Shown here one piece after another: positions 51,801 to 62,539 of a DNA stretch of 64,000 bases (positions are counted from its first letter, which is position 1; each line of letters begins with the position of its first letter). The stretch is from positions 26,647,175 to 26,711,174 of the forward strand of contig NC_092677.1 in assembly GCF_964355755.1 (NCBI RefSeq). Direction: 5' to 3'. Below the pieces are notes generated by a model, which had not been told where the DNA came from, searched no databases, and saw nothing but the letters and a program-made list of their open reading frames with translations. This DNA comes from Antedon mediterranea. Lineage: Eukaryota > Animalia > Echinodermata. A program made the translations under genes and the position numbers.

Positions 51801-54800
51801 AGAGGAGACTCATGATTTTTTAAATAAAATAAGAAATACATTTTTATAGTATATTTTTTAACCCATTTGTTACAAATTCTTTCTCTTTTATTGCTACTAT
51901 CCTTTTCTAAATTCATCAGTGTTAATTTTAATCTGAAGAGCTGATGCTATTAAATTTTGCTACTTAAAGGTAGCATGTTTTGTATATAGATGATATCGAC
52001 AGCCTCATAACAAAAGTGTCTAAGACATCATTTTTTTTTTCTCCCTAACTCACTGCTTATATCAATATACTATATTTTTTGTGTTTCTGCCTAAGTCAGA
52101 TGTGTGACTTATGATCTGCCTAACTCACTGCTTCTATCATTATACTGCCCTCTGTACATTATCTGAGTGCTTTTATATACATTTTCACATGCTCAGATCG
52201 TTTTTTGTGTTTCTGCCTAAGTCAGCTGTGTGACTTAGGCAATTAAGGAGAGGAGACTCATGATTTTTTAAATAAAATAAGAAATACATTTTTATATTAT
52301 ATTTTTTAACCCATTTGTTACAAATTCTTTCTCTTTTATTGCTACTATCCTTTTCTAAATTCATCAGTGTTAATTTTAATCTGAAGAGCTGATGCTATTA
52401 AATGTTGTTACTTAAAGGTTTTATTTTTTGTATATAGATGATATCGACAGCCTCATAACAAAAGTGTCTAAGACATAATTTTTTTTTTCTGCCTAACTCA
52501 CTGCTTATATCAATATACTATATTTTTTGTGTTTCTGCATAAGTCAGCTGTGTGACTTAGGCAATTAAGGAGAGCTGACTTATGATCTGCCTAATTCACT
52601 GCTTATATCATTATACTGCCCTCTGTACATTATCTGAGTGCTTTTATATACATTTTCACATGCTCAGATCGTTTTTTGTGTTTCTGCCTAAGTCAGCTGT
52701 GTGACTTAGGCAATTAAGGAGAGGAGACTCATGATTTTTTAAATAAAATAAGAAATACATTTTTATAGTATATTTTTTAACCCATTTGTTACAAATTCTT
52801 TCTCTTTTATTGCTACTTTCCTTTTCTAAAATCATCAGTGTTAATTTTAATCTGAAGAGCTAATGCTATTAAATTTTGTTACTTAAAGGTAGCATGTTTT
52901 GTATATAGATGATATCGACAGCCTCATAACAAAAGTGTCTAAGACATAAGTTTTTTTTCTGCCTAACTCACTGCTTATATATCAATATACTATATTTTTT
53001 GTGTTTCTGCCTAAGTCAGATGTGTGACTTAGGCAATTAAGGAGAGCTGACTTATGATCTGCCTAACTCACTGCTTATATCAACATACTATATTTGTTGT
53101 GTTTCTTCCCAAGTCAGCTGTGTTACTTAGGCAATTAAGCAGAGCTGACTTATGATCTGCCTAACTCACTGCTTATATCATTATACTGCCCTCTGTACAT
53201 TATCTGAGTGCTTTTATATACATTTTCACATGCTCAGATCGTTTTTTGTGTTTCTGCCTAAGTCAGCTGTGTGACTTAGGCAATTAAGGAGAGGAGACTC
53301 ATGATTTTTTAAATAAAATAAGAAATACATTTTTATATTATATTTTTTAACCCATTTGTTACAAATTCTTTCTCTTTTATTGCTACTATCCTTTTCTAAA
53401 TTCATCAGTGTTAATTTTAATCTGAAGAGCTGATGCTATTAAATGTTGTTACTTAAAGGTTTTATTTTTTGTATATAGATGATATCGACAGCCTCATATC
53501 AAAAGTGTCTAAGACATAATTTTTTTTTTCTGCCTAACTCACTGCTTATATCAATATACTATATTTTTTGTGTTTCTGCATAAGTCAGCTGTGTGACTTA
53601 GGCAATTAAGGAGAGCTGACTTATGATCTGCCTAATTCACTGCTTATATCATTATACTGCCCTCTGTACATTATCTGAGTGCTTTTATATACATTTTCAC
53701 ATGCTCAGATCGTTTTTTTTTTGTGTGTTTCTGCCTAAGTCAGCTGTGTGACTTAGGCAATTAAGAAGAGGAGACTCATGATTTTTTAAATAAAATAAGA
53801 AATACATTTTTATAGCATATTTTTTAACCCATTTGTTACAAATTCTTTCTCTTTTATTGCTACTTTCCTTTTCTAAAATCATCAGTGTTAATTTTAATCT
53901 GAAGAGCGAATGCTATCAAATTTTGTTACTTAAAAGTAGCATTTTTTGTATATAGATGATATCGACAGCCTCATAACAAAAGTGTCTAAGACATAAGTTT
54001 TTTTTCTGCCTAACTCACTGCTTATATATCAATATACTATATTTTTTGTGTTTCTGCCCAAGTCAGCTGTGTGACTTAGGCAATTAAGGAGAGCTGACTT
54101 ATGATCTGCCTAACTCACTGCTTATATCAACATACTATATTTGTTGTGTTTCTTCCCAAGTCAGCTGTGTTACTTAGGCAATTAAGGAGAGCTGACTTAT
54201 GATCTGCCTAACTCACTGATTATATCATTATACTGCCCTCTGTACATTATCTGAGTGCTTTTATATACATTTTCACATGCTCAGATCTTTTTTTGTGTTT
54301 CTGCCTAAGTCAGCTGTGTGACTTAGGCAATTAAGGAGAGGAGACTCATGATTTTTTAAATAAAATAAGAAATACATTTTTATAGTATATTTTTTAACCC
54401 ATTTGTTACAAATTCTTTCTCTTTTATTGCTACTTTCCTTTTCTAAAATCATGAGTGTTAATTTTAATCTGAAGAGCTAATGCTATTAAATTTTGTTACT
54501 TAAAGTTGTATTGTCCCCCAAAACATGAAAAATAAAGATGAAAAAAATCAAATTTTGAATAGACCATTTTGTAGTTATAATAAAGTTATTCACTTTCGCC
54601 GAAAAAAAATCCGGAAAAAATATTGATTTCGCTTATAAAAAATCAAAATAAGTTTACCCTTTTTTCGAACTCATAAGTTCAGAAATTCCAAAATAACGAT
54701 GGTTAGCTAACAGCTCATAAATATGCATGATATGTTAATGAGTATCCAAACAGGGGAGATCCGATTCCGATCTGTTCACCACGTAAACAAACATGTGCGA

Positions 54801-55832
54801 AGAACAGAAGAAAGTGCTGGGGTTTCCCTGATCGTATGATGTAAAAAGCTCTGCCGTTAATTTGCTGGTAAGTAGAATTCTATTTTAGATGAATGACACA
54901 TCCTCCTATAATAGTTTTTGGCGTATAGTTATAGGCTTAGCTATCTAGGCTAGGGCTATAATATAAGCCTACTTCTACTATCTAGTAGGGCCTAGGCCTA
55001 GTTAGTACTGTAGTTTACTACTGTGTAGTGTAGTGTAGCAGCAGCTGTAGGCAGGCAGATAATCGGGTCAGAAAAGTAGACGGGAACCCACTTTGAGGCC
55101 TAGCTAGGTCCTATATATTGTACTCACCTAGCTAAGCCATCACTCCACAACTAGCTACAGGAAATAGGCCTACTATGTTGATGTACCACTGATATACATT
55201 TGGAGCTCGAATTAATTTTAAAGTCTAAAAAAAGACTAACTGATGACAAAAAACGAACATTTGGAAAATGATCAGCATACAGTACCAAAGAAGTTGACGG
55301 TAGAATAGATTGTTGTTGATAGCAACCAAAACGAAAACACTAGTAATTAGACTAGGCCTTTTTTAGGGAGGAGATGCACTTTTCAGGGATTCCTTACTGT
55401 ACATTAGTACCCCAAATTGAAAACTTCAGATTCATGTACAGAAATAATAATTATATGTATGCAATAAATTGTGAAATATTTAACTTTTCTATTTGACTTT
55501 TGTATTTATACATCATTGTTTTTCAATTTATAGACTTAAGCTAATGAAGACTGTAACAGAAGTTACACCCATACAGCATTTTAAAGGCAACTGGCAGTAG
55601 ACTCGGTAGTGGAACACAAGATAAATATTGGATGACTATCATAAAGCATTAGGCAAATGTGTTGGTTGTTTTCCAGCTTTTAAAATGTTGTATAGTTTTC
55701 ATAATTCGAGCAATAACATTTGTATACAGCATTAAATAAATAAAAAATACTACTACAGTACATGAGATAAAATCACCATAATTTTAATGTGTGAATATTT
55801 ACAGTACAGTACAGTAAAAAATGAGTTAATTA

Positions 55833-56069
55833 CTAGTATATTTCATTGAATTTCTGCATTATTGTTGACAATTTATTTTCAACTATTAATTGATGTGTTG
55901 ATTGTGGCATTACAGCAATAGCTTGTCTTCTGTGATTGTTCATCCATTTTAAAGTGTCATAGTAAGAAACGTTCAAATAAATATTGTGAATGTTGATACC
56001 ACATTTTGTGTTGATTTCTTCACCATTTTCCACTACTTGCTCATATTGTTCATTCAAGTGTGTTAATAC
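55833..56069 (-). pseudogene. Exon-like open frame inside the Kolobok element; product unrecognised
   Basis: Acceptor TCTTTTAATAG|GTATTA followed by an open frame VLTHLNEQYEQ...MQKFNEIY*. Upstream candidate exons (~57048-56952, ~56450-56320) are frameshifted. Confidence 0.35.
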
Positions 56070-56592
56070 CTATTAAAAGAAAGACATTATTTATTAAAAT
56101 ATGTACATAAAAAGTTTAATTGTGTGAATGTTGGTTTGAACATTATTGCTTTGGAAGAATTTTCAACATAACGGTACTAAGTACTGTAAAGTACACATTC
56201 CAAAAAATATTTAACTTAGATTATTTGGTCATTTTCTCTAAAATAATTACATTATTGGATGTACAGTATAGGCCTAGTTACAATTTTCACAAATTTATAT
56301 TAGCATTAAAATCTAATTAATCACGAAGGGAAAACCAAGCACCATAATCTCTCCTGGCCTTATTTTCTATTTTTGGCAGCCATTCACAAGTTTTCGCTTT
56401 TTGAGTTTTGCTGCTCTTATGTATAATTTTTTTTAATCACAAACTCTACATAGAAAAGAAAATTAAATGTTTTAAAATGAATGAAAAGTGATATGAATAA
56501 TGATAAATTAAAGACTATTATTAATATTATAGTATTATACTAAAAATAAGACGAGTTGGTGGTGTCGAAATTCACACAAGTCACAATAAAAC

Positions 56593-56630
56593 CATGGAGG
56601 TATAAAATATTTTATTTTTATACCTCCATG
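56593..56630. mobile_element. 38-bp CATG..CATG palindrome with 7-bp target duplication (P-superfamily-like scar)
   Basis: ATAAAAC-CATGGAGGTATAAAA TATTTTAT TTTTATACCTCCATG-CTAAAAC (15-bp arms, TSD 6/7 match). Confidence 0.7.
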
Positions 56631-57499
56631 CTAAAACCTTATTCCTTACTCCATGCTCACAGATGAATGTTATAGGCCTAATCCTATTTAAAGCTAGGTT
56701 GGCAATAACTATTAATAAGGCTTACAAGTTGTATCTATTATCTAGGCCTGCTACTCACTCAGGGTGAACCCTCACTCAGGCCTACAACTAGGCCTAGTAC
56801 TACTACTACTACTAGACTAGCTACTACTCTAGGCCTAGCCAATAGATAGGGGATAGTACACTAGATAGCCAGTACAGCTGTAATGGGCTAGCTAGGCTTC
56901 CTATACTAACTAACAAAGCTGCACCATAGAAACTACTACAGTTCTTACTTACCAATCTGCTAGGGCCTAGCCATAGTCTTTTCTTCAAGTAGGAGTTGTT
57001 TTTTTTGTTGTTAAACTACAGAACTTTCCCACATCGTCGTCTCGCCATATCACGTCGTATTTTTTTTCTGATGACCTAGGGGTCACATACACGCACAAGA
57101 ATCATACAATATGCATAATTCATAAGCTAATTCAGGTCAAGGGTTAAATTAAACCGGAAGCCAGCTGGCTGCCAGCCAACCGACTTCCGGTTGACTATTT
57201 TTTACTTTAAATTACGATTTTCTAAGGTAAATAATTTTTTTTTTGATCCAATTTTTTTTCAAAGTGAATAACTTTTATGTATCATTAAAATGGCCTTTAA
57301 AAAAAAAAAAAATTTTGTTCAGGGGGACAATACATCTTTAAAGGTAGCATTTTTTGTATATAGATGATATCGACAGCCTCATAACAAAAGTTATGAGGAA
57401 TTCGGCCCGGGACGATTCGTCCCACTTTTGGTGAGACGATTCGGCCCACTTTTGAGCCGAAACCTCCCACTTTAGAGCCAAAAAAAAAAGCAAAAAAAT

Positions 57500-59105
57500 G
57501 GAAATTCCATTTAATGTACACGCACTATACCCCTCTTGTAAAAATCACCACGTGTATTTATCGTGCGAGCCGAACTATTGTTGTGGAAATTCCATTTAAT
57601 GTACACGCATATACCCCTCTTATAACGGTATTTTATCTTATAAAAGAACTGTTAGCATTGGAACGCCACAAGGGTCTGTTATCTCCCCAATGTTGTTTTC
57701 ACTGTTCACCAGCAGTTTCAGAGCCAATTCAAATGAATGTTGTATAGTAAAATAATGCAGATGACACAGTCATCACTGGATACATTACTGGCAATGATGA
57801 AACAAGCTATAGACAACTAGGATGTGATTTTTATCACTGGTGCTGCAATAACAACCTGAAACTAAACATAAAGAAAACAAAAGAAATGCAAATTGATTTT
57901 AGGAAAATTAAAGAACCCTTAGAACCTCTGATTATAAATGAAAATGAGATTGAAGTAGTAAATGAGTACAAATATCTGGGTTGTATAATTGACAATAAGC
58001 TAAATTGGATAAATAATGTATATAAAGCCACATGCAAAGCCAACCAAAGGATGTTTATTTTAAGAAAAATGAAGTACCTACAAATTGACAAAACTATACT
58101 TAAATTGTTTTATAACTCTGTAATTGTCAGTGTAATACTTTTTTGTAATGTTTGTTTTTATGGTAATACAATGCAAAAAGATAAAATTAAACTTAATCGA
58201 ATAGGAAATAGAGCAATTAGACTAGTAGGAGAGCACTTACCTGATGTTGAATCCTTGTATAAAGAAAATGTGTTAAAAAAAGTAAAAAGTATCATTGATG
58301 ATGAAACACATCCTCTTCACAAACAATTTGCTCTCATGAATTCTGGCATAAGACTACGTGCACTTAATACCAAAACAAAACGGTTTAGGTGCTCGTTTGT
58401 ACCTATACACTTATATAACTCCAGAGTACAAAGGTAAAATGTAACCGATAATTTTTATCTAATTTTAACAATTTTTAGCCTCTTAACTTTTTGTGTGTGT
58501 TTTTGTAAATTGTATTTTATATTTTTGTATTTTGCCAGTTTTCAAATCACATTTCTGTTTTTTAAATGGACAATAAAGTATATATGACTATGACTATGAC
58601 TATGACTATGACTATAAAAATCACCACGTGTATTTATCGTGCGAGCCGAACTATTGTTGTTGAAATTCCATTTAATGTACACGCACTATACCCCTCTTGT
58701 AAAAATCGCCACGTGTATTTATCGTGCGAGCCGAACTATTGTTGTGGAAATTCCATTTAATGTCACGCACTATACCCCTCTTGTAAAAATCACCAAGTGT
58801 ATTTATCGTGCGAGCCGAACTATTGTTGTGGAAATTCCATTTAATGTACACGCATTCTACCCCTCTTGTAAAAATCACCACGTGTATTTATCGTGCGAGC
58901 CGAACTATTGTTGTGGAAATTCCATTTAATGTCACGCACTATACCCCTTTTGTAAAAATCGCCACGTGTATTTATCGTGCGAGCCGCCGAACGGTTGTTG
59001 TGTAAATTCCATTTAATGTACACGCACTATACCCCTCTTGTAAAAATGACCACGTGTATTTATCGTGCGAGCCGAACGGTTGTTGTGGAAATTCCATTTA
59101 ATGTA
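57500..59105. repeat. 85-bp tandem repeat, about 7 copies, interrupted by a LINE
   Basis: Unit GGAAATTCCATTTAATGTACACGCACTATACCCCTCTTGTAAAAATCACCACGTGTATTTATCGTGCGAGCCGAACTATTGTTGT. Confidence 0.93.
57626..58612 (+). mobile_element. 5'-truncated LINE (CR1 group, Rex1/Babar-like) with reverse-transcriptase remnant
   Basis: GTPQGSVISPMLFSLFT, frameshifted YADD, LKLNIKKTKEMQIDFRK, YKYLGCIIDNKLNW and KANQRMFILRKM (ORF 57886-58437). AATAAA plus (ATGACT)n tail, and a probable TATAA duplication. Confidence 0.9.
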
Positions 59106-59111
59106 GGCCTA

Positions 59112-59223
59112 TTTGTCATTTCGAATTATTAATACGTTATTTCGAATTTTTTTAATTCGAGATTTCGAATTACTGGAAGTAGGCTAAAATATATATATAT
59201 TTTGGCCCTAATGGGCTTTCGTA
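59112..59223 (+). mobile_element. Right arm of the IS3EU-like element
   Basis: TCGAATTATTAATACGTTATTTCGAATT repeats like those of the left arm, ending TTGGCCCTAATGGGCTTTCGTA. Confidence 0.65.
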
Positions 59224-59229
59224 GCAATG

Positions 59230-59589
59230 TATTTTTCACCACAACTTAGTATAGTACGAATCATCGCGGCCCAAAACCACAACGCGACGAAACGACGACG
59301 AGAGGAGGATCGGAGTCGACACTTTTTTACACGACGACCTCTCACAACGGCGGCGCGGCGGTGGGGTGTAAGCACCACCAGCATGCAGCATGATGGATGC
59401 TGCAGCGCATCAGTAGCGCAGCGATCCTACATCTCAACTTATGACTTGGCCTACACTCTCCTCTCTCTCCTGTGTGTGAATATCAAAGCGTTTTCTTTAT
59501 TACAAAATAATAATTCAAAAAAGTATTAGGCTAGTCTGGTAATAATCTAAATTTATTAGAGCATATACTGACACCAATTTCAGGTAAAT
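59230..59589 (+). promoter_or_regulatory. CpG-rich promoter and first non-coding exon of a + strand gene
   Basis: Local CpG/GC enrichment ending at donor CAG|GTAAAT (59583), followed by a TAG-rich first-intron stretch like those of the other genes here. Confidence 0.5.
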
Positions 59590-61466
59590 ATGTCACTTTT
59601 TTAAATTTATTTCTAAGCTTTCCCATCTGTCAGTAGGCCTAGGCCAGCTAGTAGTAGCTAGGCTAGCTAGCTAGTCTAGGTAGGTCGGTGATTCGCTAGG
59701 AGCCTAGGTCTACTGGCTAGACCTAGTAAGTCGGTGCGGTATACTGCTGCTGGCTAGCCCACTAAGCTCACCCTAAGCTAGGCATACACATGTGTGATTT
59801 GGGTACGGGATGATTCGGCCCAAATAATATTGATTGTACTTTAATTATTTTTTAATGTAATTTTATTAATTTAGACTTTTTGATAACATTATTAATGTTA
59901 TTAATTAGGCCTAGTTTGGTTTTATGTTTAATTTTCAGAGAGACTTCTGCCAGCTGGTGGGAGAAGGGTGGTGGGCGGATGCGAGGAAGATTGGTGGTTG
60001 GAGTGGGGGTTATTGGTTGTGGGGGGGGGGGGAGATAGGTGGTTGGGGTGGGGGATTAGTGGTAGGGGATTAGTGGTAGAGTTAGGCCTAGTTAGTACTA
60101 CCTAGCTAGGGATAACGATGCAATATATTAAATATATATAGCAAAAATTATGAAAATCTGAATTGTTTTAAAATAAGGCATAATTGCCGAAAATAATCAT
60201 TTTTTTAAATGGGAATGATGTTAACATATTACGACCTCTGTTGACCTCTGTTGGCAAATGCATGTTCGTAATAATAATTCCATAGGCATATTTTACGTGT
60301 TAAGCCTTTGAGAATACGTATAATTAAATATAGCAAAGTTTCTATAAAGGAATGTGACAGCCCTGGTTTAAAATGCAGCGAATAATATGGCCTGCTATAA
60401 TTGTTGATTTATTTATTTAGAAATAAAATTATTCTATTATTTATTTTTCAAATCTACTGTAAGCAAGCAATTATTTATGTGATGGTAAATTTATTTAAGA
60501 CTTCAAACACATTTTGAGGCGTCATATTATTCCGTATTATGTAACAAAGTATTGAATTTTCTTGCAAACCTTTTACACTGTAGTATTATAATAATAACAA
60601 ATTATTTGTTAAAAATCAATACTGTTGATAGCAAGTCGTGTGACAGTTGACAACCTTAACGGATGCCTTTAATTCTGTTTCCATGCCGAGATTCATATCT
60701 CAAGGCTCTTACAGCCTGTATTCATGGAAACAATCAATAAAGAAGGGTTGATACAACTACATTCTTATTTAAAATGAAAACCTGTAAATTAGAGATATGC
60801 AGCATATTAATGTACAGGGATATGTTCATTAGTACATGATGTGTAACTGTAGCAAATGACTGCTTACTGTAGCGAGTATTACGCTAAGATTTAAACTGGG
60901 TGGAAGGAGGTGGAGGTTGAATAAGCCTTTTGAGGCTACAGTAGGTGGAAGTGCTTAAGGGCTATGGATGAAATTTTGACTTGTTGTAGAATGTTTGGAA
61001 GATGTTGAAGGATGTACAGTAAGCCTTGATTTAGAGGCCTAGACTGTAGAATTTAATAGATGGTACGTGTAGGGAACATGCCTTTGGTTCAGGATTTGTT
61101 AATTTACCTAGATTAATGGACCAATCATCGCAACTTGGGTAGGTGGTTACTGTACAGTAGGTCACCAACTTAACTGGGTAAATTACTAACTGAACACTCC
61201 CTAAGTTGAAAATTACTTCAGGATATCAACCACACAACAAACAGTATTATATTGTGTTTTTTAACTAATTTATTTAATTCTTGTCAATAAGGCAAATTAA
61301 TCATATTTATTTTGCCCCGAGAATATTATGGAAATTTTGATTTAAAATATTTATATTTCAGATTATTAAAATTCAAAAAGTATTTCATTTGCACGTCATC
61401 TGATGTATTAATTGTACTGCTGGGGAGTGGCCAATATGGAACACGCAAAAGGTGCTTAGGACAAGT

Positions 61467-61525
61467 ATGGGAGGTACATGTTCATCCAAAAATAATACAG
61501 CTGTTACGATAGAACCACAAAAAAA
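61467..61525 (+). CDS. First coding exon (partial gene) of a probably N-myristoylated and palmitoylated protein
   Basis: Exon 61362-61525 (TTTCAG| ... |GTAAGT). AGTATGG start context, then MGGTCSSKNNTAVTIEPQK with Gly2, Cys5 and Ser6. No downstream exon recognised in the window. Confidence 0.55.
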
Positions 61526-61734
61526 GTAAGTTTTCTTTTAAATATTATTGTCGCTACACAAGTCTTAATTTCTAAGTCTAAAAATTTGCAATTTTAATAG
61601 TTTATTGGCTTGATAGTTAGTACTAATGTACAACATTAAATAGTGATTTATTATTATTGATGATAATAAAACCATTAAACAGAATAATAAAAACTGATTT
61701 TCATTTCAAAACGTTTTTTATTTTGATTGATTCC

Positions 61735-62035
61735 AATCGTTTTTTGAATGTTTCCAATCTTATTTGATCGATTACAATTTTTTTATTGTTTCAGATTCCA
61801 ATCTTTTTTATTGTTTACAATCTTTGTTTATTGATTTCAATCTTTTTTTGTTTACAATTTTTTTTTATTGTTTACAAGCTTTTTGTGATTCTTTCCAATC
61901 TTTTTGTGATTCTTTCCAATCTTTTTGTGATTCTTTCCAATCTCTTTGTGATTCTTTCCAATCTTTTTGTGATTCTTTCCAATCTTTTGTGATTGTTTCT
62001 AATCTTTTTTTATTTTTTCCAATCTTTTTTGATTG
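61735..62035. repeat. 21-bp T-rich minisatellite
   Basis: Core unit ATCTTTTTGTGATTCTTTCCA, about 5 near-perfect copies with degenerate flanking copies. Confidence 0.85.
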
Positions 62036-62539
62036 ATTGTTCACTCATTTATTAATCGAGAACCGATTTCTATTTTTTACAATTTTAAGTAACTGATTTA
62101 AATGAAACCGTTGCAAGTATTTGATTATTGTATTTTAATCTAATTAAACTGGACGACCATAAATTAGAAACTGAATATAAAATCAGGCATTCTAGTAAAC
62201 AATTGTAATCTTCACATTGATATTGTTAAGGTGATACTACAATGTAGAATTGACTATTATAGCAATGATAAGCCTTGGAGTTCTTGAATCTTAAGATGTT
62301 ACAGTTACAATAGCTTTTTGCTAAAGTGAACATTTGCATAAAGTACTCCATTACAGAATACTGTGTACTGTACAGTACTATGTACCTAATAGGTTATTTA
62401 ATGCACTAGAAAGTAAACAATGTGAAACTGAGCAAACTTGTCATTGGCTTTCTGTTTACAGTAGTTACTATGGTAACAAGAGAGGCATTTTAATTGTTTA
62501 TCAGTAAATGGAAGAGGTTTTTAAAAAGCGTTCAATGGC

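Larger units (their letters stand above)
54504..57337. mobile_element. 2.8-kb non-autonomous Kolobok-type DNA transposon inserted at the satellite TTAA
   Basis: TTAA-AGTTGTATTGTCCCCC ... GGGGGACAATACATCT-TTAA, imperfect subterminal inverted homology (AAAGTTATTCACTTT / AAAGTGAATAACTTT). The satellite monomer continues exactly across the site. Confidence 0.9.
27781..57391. repeat. Satellite array, ~470-475-bp monomer with a variable number of ~98-bp hairpin-containing subunits; roughly 45-50 monomers, interrupted by mobile elements
   Basis: Marker TTAAAGGTAGCATTTTTTGTATATAGATGATATCGACAGCC recurs every ~335-570 bp in most monomers. The same spurious ORF (MILEKESSNKRERICNKW) recurs in the ORF track. 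The last partial monomer resumes at 57342 after the Kolobok insertion. Confidence 0.97.

Noticed and set aside
28798-53882. Recurrent 60-79-aa ORFs (MILEKESSNKRERICNKW...) as a multigene family
   Set aside because: They are by-products of the satellite monomer. They open and close with homopolymer-length changes and show no domain or splice structure.
27781-54503. CRISPR-like array (palindromic repeats at regular spacing)
   Set aside because: Sequences between the palindromes are themselves repeated rather than unique spacers, there are no cas genes, and the context is eukaryotic.
58566-59023. ORFs in the 85-bp array, and similarly 61764-62036 and 62643-63880
   Set aside because: Translations of tandem repeats.
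59227-59529. 100-aa ORF in the CpG-rich region
   Set aside because: No domain similarity; better explained as a GC-rich 5'UTR exon.
59955-60085. G-rich tract with G-quadruplex potential
   Set aside because: Simple low-complexity intronic sequence with no evidence of function.
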